From Tubulanus polymorphus (lineage: Eukaryota > Animalia > Nemertea): DNA of 64,000 nt. The position numbers were made by a program, and so were the translations under genes. Positions within the stretch are counted from its first letter, which is position 1. Every line of letters begins with the position of its first letter. Positions 1 to 12,282 of the stretch are shown here, one piece after another. The notes under the pieces were generated by a model. The model saw only the letters and a program-made list of their open reading frames with translations, was not told the DNA's origin and ran no database searches. The DNA lies in contig NC_134026.1 of the NCBI RefSeq assembly GCF_964204645.1, forward strand, positions 23,656,150 through 23,720,149, in the 5' to 3' direction.

Positions 1-61
1 AACATGAATGACATACCAGTCCCGTGAATCTGTTTACACGCATTTTTGTTAAAGTGGCAAC

Positions 62-185
62 CTACAGACCTTGTTGCATTGGATAGCCCATCATCGCCGC
101 TTGCTGACCGTTGAATTGGGCCTGCTGGCCAGCAGGAACTTGTACCTGTCCGTATCCTGCCACTGCCATATTCACAGCAGCTGGG
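62..185 (-). CDS. TIA1/TIAL1: TIA-1/TIAR last coding exon (N)PAAVNMAVAGYGQVQVPAGQQAQFNGQQAAMMGYPMQQGL*
   Basis: Acceptor ttgatttcag at 186, phase 2 matches the previous exon (AA+C), 124 nt, TAG at 62-64. Prion-like Q/G/Y/A composition. Confidence 0.85.
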
Positions 186-3100
186 CTGAAATCAAGCAAG
201 CGAATATCATCAATACATGAAACCTACATTCATCTTTGGGGCTTGTACATAAAACGAATATTTCAATGCCTTGATTTGTCAGCAGATGGCAGAACTGATT
301 AACTAGGATTAACCTCTTTAAGTTTGGTACCCAGCGAGTCGAACATACACACATCTACATTTCATGACTTATAAATCATCACAGTCGATTAATTCACATT
401 TAAATTAATGATTGGATAATGGATTATCTGATTCATTTAACGAATATTCTCTAAGCTCCTCACTAATGTGAAACTTACTTATACGCAGCGGTGACTGGAT
501 AGTTGTAATATTGTCCCGCTACACCTGGTTGCACATAGCCAGCAGTTTGTTGTACTTGAGGATACTGTCCCTGTGTCGCTGCGAATGGCCAGTAGACGTT
601 AGCGCCATAGTATCCCGCACCATATTGGACTTGGCTGGCAGCAAAAGCCGATTGCTGGAGCAAAGAAATTCCATTTTGTTGCTATGATGCCGGCGAAAGT
701 AGAAAACAAGAAACCAGACGTCATTCTAGTCACAGAACGCCATTAAAACAAGGTGTATCGGTAAATGCTCAAAAAAACATAATTAATATGGAGTGGAACG
801 AAAAATAAATTTTGTCTTTCCCATTGATAATGTTCTGAAAACTAAAAAAAAAAGGATTTTGGAGACTGGTGAGAAAATATCAAACAACCATACTGCATGT
901 ATCTTCGTGCAATCTGGAAAATGCTCACGTTTCTTTTCGTAAATAATAGTTTCATAGATATCGTTAGAAATATTTGATTTGCTGCTGATAAATAGAAGAC
1001 TGAACCTATCTGTTCATGATGTAACATGCCCTACTGTCATTGCAATGAAATTCTATGTGTAAATTGGTTCGATATTCTAAACTGAAATGCAAGTTCACAG
1101 ACTCGAAAAACCAATAGCGGACAATTGCAGATTTGTGTATGTTTCAAGCTTTGAACAATTGCTAAATAAGTCATAGCGCATGAAATCGGGTATTTTTTAA
1201 GATGAAAAAATAGCAACCAGACAAATTTCCGGCTAACTATATGATGTATGAGTGGAGCATCGATAGATATACAGCGTATAGACATATTTATATATATATA
1301 CATAACTCAATTGTTTGTATAATTGACACATTGATGTATATAGATAGGTCTCAATTTTGCCAGCCTTTTAGATGGCAAGAGTAATTCATTATCTGAAGAC
1401 TTGACCACATGAAAACATCCCACAACAGAGAAACAATTATTATTCACTTTACTGCCTAATTTTTTAGATTATGTATATATACATATATGAATATCTATGA
1501 CCAGAATCATAGCATCATTTTTTATCCTAGCGTAGACTTGGTGCTAATGAAATTTGAGCTACAATCAATAGAAACACATTTTAAAATGCGTCAATTCGAG
1601 ATATATGATATCAAGTTTGTTAAGTGGCAGTGTTCAATTTCAAACGTTTTTTTAATCGTACACTCTTTAAAAAGCCTTACTGTATTTATGAAAATATATA
1701 CATATATATCTGTATAATCGTTTGTGTATATATTAGAATAAAGTGAAATTAACTATATATAAAAATCTGACATTAAAGGGGCATAATCGAATCAGTTGAG
1801 GGTATTCAACCCAATATCCATCTACCTGAATGAGTCAATTTGAAGCTTCATACAGATAATACCTCTACGAATGAAATATCGGATTAATTCAAAATTGCTG
1901 ATATCAATATTTCAGTCCACCGCCGGAAGGATGTGCTACCGATGCAGGATATATTACATAGGAACATGTCACCGTATTCTAAAATCTATGACATCAAACG
2001 GATATCGTTAATACTGTACGAACTATTGTTCAGTGAAAACTTCATCCAGATATATCTTGATATTTCTTTTTTTGTATTTTCTATGAATCGCGGTATAACT
2101 GTATGTACTAAGTATAAAAAGTAGCTCAAGGCACGCTAAAACTGAGTCTCACATCCTTTTGAAAAGAAGATGCCGAGCCCTGGGTGGCTTGTAATAGAAT
2201 ATTTCATATTTGTCCATTACACTTGGCTGGGTAGGTCTAATCTGAGCAGCCTAGGTAGTGTTGTAGATATCAGTCATGTTTTGAGAACCATGATTAATGC
2301 ATGTTCAAAGTTACAGGCATTTTCTTCTATGTAGTGAACTTGATAGACATTCCTTGTTTCAACAGAGCTATGACAAAAATTGACCAGCTGGTTTCTAGTT
2401 TTGCTGCTAGCATTTATACAATCATAAAACGCATTAACCACCTTCAAACCCAATGACATCATAAAAAAAACCATTTATGATAATGCAATTTCAGGCAACA
2501 TTCATATGAAATCTTTGATACCAGAACATCAGCATGAAGGCGGTCAATGTGTCGCATTCTAAATCGTTATTCTTGTTAAATTTCTATAAGTGCTTGATGA
2601 AAAATGGTTTTTCCACCAGTTGACAATGAATTTATACATATACAGGAATTTCTATCCCATTTTTAATGAGAAATACACACGCATAAACATATTTTTGCAC
2701 AAGATCCATGCACACATAGTTCAGGTGTTTTGGTAAGCGATAAGTAGGTGAGCGGGAATTGGTTAGATGAATTCATTTACATTTTTACCATCACCAAAGA
2801 AATCAGTGGGAAAGACAATTTCTGCTGGTGCAACACTCCTGCACCCTACAGGGAGTCGTCACATTTTGAACTTTCCAATCCTTATAGCAAGGATAAAGCG
2901 ATCAGTAAGTTCACTGACCACTGAAGATGAAGGCCACCAGCAATGAATATTCAGAATTTGAGAGGAGAGAAACTCATACTGATATAATTGTGATAGTAGG
3001 CCTACACGTAGGTCTACAGATAATTTGAGTGAAAATTACCGATGAAAATGAGGGTAACAATGAGTGAAATCAAGGAGAATCATAACTGAATATCTTTGAG

Positions 3101-6100
3101 AATGATAAATGGTAGATTATTATATAGATTGAAATTGGAAACGACTGAAGTATTTTAGATAGGGAACAAAAAAACAGATTGAAACACAGAAGATCAGATA
3201 TGAACATGAAAGACAACGTTAACATAACAGCTGATAACATAACATTGAACAGAAAACACAAAACAAAGAAATCAAACAGTAAAGCGCAAGAGCATCCCTT
3301 TATCCCATGTTATTCTAATTGTTATATATGATAGATTGAGGCATTCTATATAGTAAACTAGTATATTGTTAGATTTTGGTTAATAGCAATCGATATACCT
3401 TACTTCAGGCTTTTCAAACAGACAAACACGTGGGCAGCAGTTCAACCTCATATTCAAAAATTAATTCTAGTATTCGACTCAGCCGTTCCATACCACAAAT
3501 TAAGTATTCCCAGGTAAACTTAACTGTCCTTGAGTACTTTGAGTATAGACACCGCTAATGAGGTTGAACTGTATATTAGCTGGTGTTAATTACCTCTGAC
3601 TGATGGCTCGAACGGTTTTGGTTTTGGTTTTGATGATGGTTGTAGTAGAAATGCTGATGTTCAGGAGACTGGGAAATACCAAATAATAACATCGGTTCAG
3701 ATACGATTGAAAAAAAGCCACGTGAAGAATAAACCGCAAAAAAAATGTGAAAATGACAAAAAAATTGAAAAAAACACAGTAAGCACGTCGGATGAAATAA
3801 CTATGCACATAACAAGCAAAGGAACAGCTTCTCGTCGAATCACGACCAGCTGATAATTAAGTAAAAACCAAATTAAATCTATAGTCAATTAATTTCGCAA
3901 AGGAAAGACCAACATCTAAATGAACATGGTGCATTTCTCACATTTCCAAGTGCTCGTTGGTAAGTGAATATTCTATTGGGCGGGTCTAGGAATCGCATTT
4001 AAGCAGCTAGATTTGGTAAAAGTATCAGTGAAATTTGGATGTGCCAGATAATAGAGGGTTAATCGATACATACTTGCTGTTGTTGCTGTTGGTTAGCAGC
4101 GTTGTTAGGATCACCAGATTCCCGTCCCCAAGAACATTTCACTGGACAGCCTTCGATGTCGGCGCCATGCATCGCGCATATTGCCCGAGTTGCTTGCGAG
4201 TGATCGGCGAAACGTATGAATGCATATCCTTTATCTTTGAATATTCGCACTTCTTGAATTTGGCCATGTTCGCTAAAATGTTTTTGTAAAAGTTCCTCTG
4301 AAAAATATTCAACAAATTTTGCATTAGAACTATAGATAAGCGGAGAAATCATCGTATTTTTCTTCGAAACGAAACCCGGCGATCGCGTCGTTGTCGTACT
4401 TCATCAAATTACAAATTATCTACAAAACTCAACTAATAACCATATGTTTATCATGTACACTTTGGAGCCCACTTATTCAACACATTGCATTGAAATTGAA
4501 TCGCACAAATCGATCAAATGCATATTTTTCTGTTACAGATCTAGATTAATTATTACAACTACGGCTAGATACTTCATATATAAAGGGGTGACTGCATTTG
4601 CATGCAATTAATACAGCCCACTACCACCATTAGACGGACAGGACAAGTGCCACGATGAATACTGAACCCTCGATGAGAGTGCCAGCCAATACAGAGATGA
4701 TCTCAGCATTCACCAAGGCTTGTGCGTTGAATCATCATTTGCCTCAGTGGTGAATTAAAGTTTAGGGGTGTGTAATTCAATTTAGTAATGGTAGCACGCC
4801 AAGTGGCGTCGTACAACGTTTTAATTCAGTAAATCATCGTTCATGGTTGTACCATTAATACGAAGATGCACAAAAGCCTTGTGTACGGCTGCCATGAGTA
4901 TATTCATGTTTAGATTCATTTGAAACTGGCTTCTTCAATACAGAGGATAACATCATGACTTTGGCCCTGTAATTCTGGGCTGTCCACGAGTGAGAAAATC
5001 AAGAACTCACACCATGATCCATCAGCTAGGGGTAACCAATTGGATTAGCCGACAATTCTAGCTAAACAATGGTTAACTTTTTAGACAACAACGTGTAACG
5101 CTCGTGACAGAAAAACGGGTAGGCTAATTTCTTGCTGCGAATCATTCGCCGTATAATTTGCTTACGATTGAATTCAACAGACCCAAGTTGAACACTTTTA
5201 GGTGAATTCAGAATCACTGACTAAAGCCTCGTTCACACTAGCACTAGTTAGACCAGTCTAAATGAGTCTAGCACTAGATAGACCAGTCTAAATGAGTCTA
5301 GCACTAGTTAGACCAGTCTAAATGAGTCTTTACCTGGAACGTGCCGATTTAGAACTGGCCAAACTTAGACCATTCTAAATATTGTAAGCGTGTACTTTTT
5401 CACCGATTAAAGTTCAGTTTGATTCGTGCGAAATGATTCACCAATAGAAAATTTGCATCGCAACCAATGGCACACTATGGAAAATTCTGCATAAATCAAT
5501 TCGCTTATGAAATCCGTCTAGTCTAACGTGGAATTAACCGTGAATCATTAAATGTCATACCTGATAAATTTACACATTTAGGATCAAATCCGCCGCAGTA
5601 TACTGTTGAATTTGTTGGGCTGGACTGTTTGTAGACTTCACTTTCTGATTTTGGTGCTGTAATAGAGCAAATGATATACTTGAGAATTGAGTAACGAAAA
5701 GCACGGAAAAATTTTAAACTACAGAAAATTCATAGATATAAAACGTTCGACGAAATGAATATATCATAAGAATATTGATGTATTTTGTACATTTCAATAA
5801 AACCCTAACTGCTAAACTCTACAATATATCGACACTTGTCAAAAATTTATTTTTCATTATTTCTTTCCCACCACGCGGTTAGTAGCATTTTATTGCACAG
5901 TCGCATAATATATTCAGGCTTTTTGAAATTTTTATTGTCGCGAACATGGCACACGGCTTATTACGGAAATTAAATTCACGATTATAACGATGATGAATTA
6001 TGCATCACTATGTATAGAGATACGATATCGAAATACGAATTGTAACATATGCTTTTGGGCGAGAGAAAGGATAGAAAGAGTGAATGATTGAACCTTTTTT

Positions 6101-9100
6101 CCTCACCTCGACTATAATACAAGTACAATCTGTAGTACATGTACTCTCTTATACTACTAGCCGACATTTACAAAACAATTTGAACGCGTATTTTGTAATT
6201 TGCGGATATTTCAAATTGAAATGAATGACAATTGAACCGAAATGAGCGCGCTTGTCCCCATGGTGTCATCATAAACATTAGAGACAATCAATTTCTATTA
6301 GCGCAACGCCGCAATACTGCATTATAGATCTGCTACAGTCACGTATCACACGTCTGTATGGAAACTTTTTAACCAGCTAGCTTTGTTTTATACAAAACAT
6401 ATTCCAGCTTATGACATCGGTAGATGCGTTTTAATGAAGGGGGAATAAGACTTATTTCATCCGACGAAATAAAAGAGCATTTATACGGAGAGCACATACG
6501 TGTATCGGTTATTGAACAGCATCTGATTGGACAAAGAAATTGAAAAAATTTCAAAGTGAAATAAATCTGAATTTGCGCCAAATGGGATACCAAATATTTT
6601 GGGTATATGAACTGCATATATTGAATTTTGATAACTGAACCTTTTAGATTTTAGAAAAAAATTCATCGACGCATGTAATAAATTAGTATCAGATAAATTG
6701 GGTAGAACGTTAAGTGATTACGCCACATGAATTTCTAATTGTGCCTTTGAAGAAGAGTGAGGCGAGTTTGATATGCGTAGTATGCATAGTGAATGATGTC
6801 TTTTCACAAGCAGCATTGAGAGAATTCACAGTTTAATGTCTCATTATATTGCGTTATCTGCTCAGACTAAAAACCTTTACACGGATTATTTTATTAGCTT
6901 TGAATGAAAAACAGATCAGATGATGTTTTGAAGCACTTAAGTCCCATTATAATCGAAGCAACATGACTACAACGAACTGATGCCGCGATAAATCTAAGGT
7001 GACAGAAGCCATCACAGATGTAAATGAAAAACGAAACCAACAGGGAAAATACCGGCTCCCCGCGGTTTGTATCTAATGGAATCCTCATCGCAACAACCAC
7101 GAATGACTAATTCCGAGCATAAAAATGTCATTCCTGCCCAAAATAATGACGAAACTCAACAAAATATGATTCGAGTGCGATTGTCGTAATTCTTCTACCT
7201 GATGTGAATTATCCATTTGCTTTCTGAAATCGAGAGCAGTCATGGGGAAATGAACGCTTAGAATGTCGTAATGGTTTAATTGATTAACTTAAAACGCACA
7301 AGATTTAAGACACGAAGCATAGCGAAACAGTCATCTATCTTCTCTTTCAATAAACGGCTTGCCGCGCGGCGTGCAAAAACAAAAGTTTCCGTTGTTCGCC
7401 GAAGTTGCTAAATAACCCCAACAACGTTGTTTTGACATTTGAAGTGTCAAAGAAGAGCTACCGGTACTTCATAAACCAACCACGGATTTACACGCGCCAT
7501 AACGCGAATAACTAGGGAGAAGTAAAAGGAAATTCGATCTTTAAATTCATATGCCACGAGGAGGTTTTCAGTACCCATCTGGGATCGAAAGTACTAGTTA
7601 AGTCAACGGGAGTTTTTGTTTTTTTCGCTCAATGAGCGAATGCATTTCCAGTCTGGAATATATTCCGCCTCATGAATTTTTCACACAGGCCCTGTAAAAT
7701 ATTCGCCGACATTTGCGGCACAATGAAAAACCACGTTCGACGCGTAGCCATAAATTTCCAAGGTTACGACCAGTGACGAAGCAGCTCATTTTCTTTCATG
7801 GAGTATTCATAAGGAAAGTTTTATTAACGTCTTATAGCTTTCGGACAATAAATATGGCTGCGTGAAATTACACCCAGGACAGCCGTACGTGCCATGAAGC
7901 AAAACTTATCTTTGAACGAAGAAGCGCCATGATCTAACATCCGTTAAAAATCAACACAGGCGCCACCAAGACAACAGACGAAATTTTTGGAGTCTTTGGA
8001 ACTGACCATCGATCATGGCAAAGTTTAAACATAGTTTCGGCTTTTTTTTTTCCTAACGTTGATGGCGCTACTACGAAGAAAATGATATTAATTACTATCA
8101 TCGTTCATAAAAGCGGTACCAGATGATACATCGCGCGACGCCGCTGAATTATTTGTCGACATCGTTTCTAATATTTGCGAGTAAACACTCTTGAGAACGA
8201 GTCAGCGTGAAAACCGCCCAGCAATAAACCTCCGCTACAACGTGTATACAGCCTAAACGACACTAAGATTCGTCGATCAAGACAGTGACAAAGAATAATT
8301 GCTGTTAATAGTCACAAATGCAAAGAGATGCTAGTATTTTTTTTCAATAGAACGAGAAATCTTTAACAGCTTGATGACGCGCCAAGAGATTTCTTTGCCT
8401 ATCAGAATATTTCTTTCTTCTTCATTTGTTGTTTTTCTTTGCTGAAATGATTCAGTCACTTTGAGCGTATGAAAGAAGAAATCTTTCTTTCCTAAAAGCC
8501 GCAGCCATCTACACTTCCTTTATGGCAGCTCTTCACAATCGGTAATGGAAGAGTACTTCAAACCTATATTTCACTAGCGTGTGCTGGTCTGTGATGTGTA
8601 CAACTGAGAGTTTTAAAAGAAGAAACACTTCGAAAAAGATATGAAGAATATTCATACATACCAACAGCTTCTTTGTTTGGTGCAGGAGGCTTTCTTGATG
8701 CCCAATTGGTGCGAATGGCCCTACTACCAATCCACTGACCGTTCATTTTATGAATAGCACTTTCTGCATCCTGCAAAATACAGAGAAAATTATAACAAGA
8801 ACTTGCATAAAATTCTTACACTTTAAAAGAATATGACGGATAAAATTCTTTTTCATCGAGCTCTACGTGGGCTAAAAATCATCATTTTAACTTCAGAATC
8901 AAGAGGTGACTTAAAATATCCATTCCATAATTGATAAAGCGTTCTTTAGCAAGTGATATGTCATGGACAAAACTCATTGAGACATAACCATCAATACTAC
9001 ATACAAAACATTAATAATTCATAGCATCGATACAAATATATGTTTCGAATGATCACTTTACTTTGGAAAATAAATTTTTCCTATTGACAATACAGGCCCC

Positions 9101-12100
9101 TATCATAGAAATATCCGGAAAAAAACAAGTGCTTGTAACAATATGAGGACTGTTGGAGTGGTGCGAGGTATCTATCGATAGCGATTCAGTTATAACAATA
9201 CCGTGGACACCTCTATCAGGTATGGATATCTAACAGCCACTACATCATCTTCAACAATTTTCTGAATGCATCCGAAATACCATTTCTCAATATATTCTTC
9301 ACGTGAGAAATTGATTTTCCCCGACAACAAATATGCTTCATAAATTTCAAATACGTCTGTCTATATATTTCATTTCGAAATTCAAGCAGCAACCATATCA
9401 TGAATATCCCGAGTAATAATGAGGTTGGCAAGTCGCCAGCATTACTGAAGGGCTCTTCAAAAAGGAAGCAAGCCATCTAGAACGCGCCAATCGCTTCGGT
9501 CGACGCAAGCGCGAAAAAGGATGGGCATAATTGTTACATGAATATATAGGGAGGGGGGGACAGAAATCGTTAATATTTGACACAAAGTGGTCTTGAAATG
9601 AGTTCATGCTGTGAAATAAATATGAGTCGAAACTGTGATGATTTGCAGAGATGTGGCACAAAAACGTACATAAGTCGAAACAGATGCTACAGAATTCAGC
9701 AAATGGATGATCAATTAATTATGAGGGCAATCTATCTTTTCATTGATTATATTCAATATTGCTGAACTATAAATTTTACCAACGATGATCCATTCCCTCA
9801 TTAACCGTACATGTTTTATCTATTACAAGGATTTACGAATAGAGCCAACAAAACTGAAAGTTTCGATTATGAAGTACAAAACTTCGAACGTCATAACTCA
9901 TTCATTTCTTTGTCAATTGCGATACTTACACATTTATTTATAAACGAGACAAATCCATAACCTTTTGACTTCTGACTTGCTGGGTCTTTGATTATTTTTA
10001 CATCACTAAAAGACAAAATACATAATCTTAGGTAAATGAGTCTAAATGTTGATGTGGCTTCGTATTGAACCTGAAATTGAACGTTCTATAAATGGAGTAA
10101 GCATTTCGGGGCTTTTCCGCAATAGGCAACGTATCTTCCAGATTTTTCCGTTCAAATTAACGAATCAAATTCTCTTCATCATCATGAAGCGACTTCGAAA
10201 AATGATTGTGCAGCGACGGAACATTTTAAACGCGAAAAACTATGGAGTACCAGATATGAATATGGACATAAAGACCACCGAGAAATAGAAGAAAAAAAAT
10301 TATATCTTGCATCCAACCACCAAATGTGCATGATTTAAAAACACAGAACAACGCTTTTATAAGCATTGTATGATCATGCCATGCTCAGTGTCAAATTATT
10401 TCTAGACGGCCCGATATGACTGGCAAACAATTCACAGATTCCTCTTTGTAAAAATACATATAATAACTAATCAATCGTAATAGAATTTGAGAAGAAAAAC
10501 TATATAAATATATATTGTATGATTTGATAATAGCTAAGAAGAGGATAAAAACGCTAAACTGATCGTTGGTTCGAAAGGCCAGCTGGTCTCCTACCAAAAA
10601 TAAAGAGCAAATATCGTTATGAAGATAAGCACTGCGTATACTCTGTGGTAGAAAAGTTACCGAAGGGCGTATAATAAAGTTATGTATATGATCAATAGAT
10701 ATTTACAACTGCTAAATCAGCGAGAAAAAAAATGAAAATGATAATAAATAATAATGATGATAATATCAATAATCATATTGAGAGAAATCGAACAAACAGG
10801 ACGTTTATTTTAGACGTAATAGGCAAGCTGTGAGGTTCAGCATCTTTGCAACAGTCCCCGATTCCACGGAAAAATTAAACTGCTCGTGATAGAGAGCGAC
10901 AATAATATATAACGTTTTAAAAGAGATCTATCGACTTGAGAATTGCGCAGTAAAATAACTGTGAGGTCTGAATAAGAAAAACTACATCTAATAAAGTTAG
11001 TGGATGATGAATGTAAAACAGAAAATTAAAAGAAACTAAAACATCAGAAAGGAAAAAGAGCATACATAGCCTTTTTTGGACTTTTATTGTTGGTAGTAGA
11101 TATTACTGGAGCAATAGTTGGAGAGCAATCTTCAATCATTCATGCAGCGGTTCAGCTGAACAGTAAAGAAACAAAACTTCGTTATCAGAATCGACTTAAA
11201 AAACTTCTATATCTTTTCATTAATAACTGGGGATGGGCTATTGAGCAGTTACTGATACTTCAGAAGATAATTCGTACTTTCATGTAGAACACAATGAAGG
11301 TCATATTGGATATTTCAAGCTACAAGGGGGGAGGGTACGGATGCAGAATTTTAATGATATATGAACAAAATAATGCAGTGTTTGCACGTTCAGCACATAA
11401 TACATATATATACGATTAATCATTGACTTTTTAAGGTTAATTAGACATTTTTGCTTATTGTCATGGAATCGGTCGGCGAAAACAACATTTCTCATATTGA
11501 CAAATGCCCTAAATTAGCATAAAGTGTCTTAGATATTTGAAAACGGCTTCCCGAGATGGCAATACTTCATGCAGGAATCAAGTGAAGGTGGTGAAAGCAG
11601 CTCGCGAGGCTGCATGCCGAGTTCTTGTGTCAGTTCCCACGAGGTACAGCAAATCGTCAACATACATTCTAAACATGGCACATCATAAACGCATCATTGA
11701 TCTTCGCTGACAGGTTGACATACCCGAGCCGGAGTGCTACGAGTCCATCGGGTGCCGGGCCAACACCTCACATCTACCCAATAGCTTATATCAGACGGGT
11801 CCGAAGAGACAAAATTATTTGATCGAACACGAACATATATCTTCATTTCAGATCGGCAAACAATAATATACTTGACGCACAGCCGTATACAATGTAGATT
11901 TGACTAAATAAATGAAATAGAAATATTCATATCACTTTGACATTTAGCGAACAGCTCCGTAAGGGAGCTTATCGTAGATTCGATTGTTTGAATGCATTGA
12001 GAACGATGATTAAAACTGAGTGATATTAGAAACTAATCACAATTTTGCTAAGTGAAAACGAGTCCCCGGGTTCCATATGACTAATCTAAACGCGATTCTA

Positions 12101-12194
12101 ATCTGAAATTGATATACTAGCATATTCATCGCGCGCATACATTACTGCTTATGAAAATAAGATAATAATTTCTATTTCCATGTAAATAATTAAT

Positions 12195-12282
<88 letters not shown>

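Noticed and set aside
5238-5329. 30-bp repeats as a CRISPR array
   Set aside because: The copies are directly adjacent with no spacers, there are no cas genes, and the context is a eukaryotic intron.
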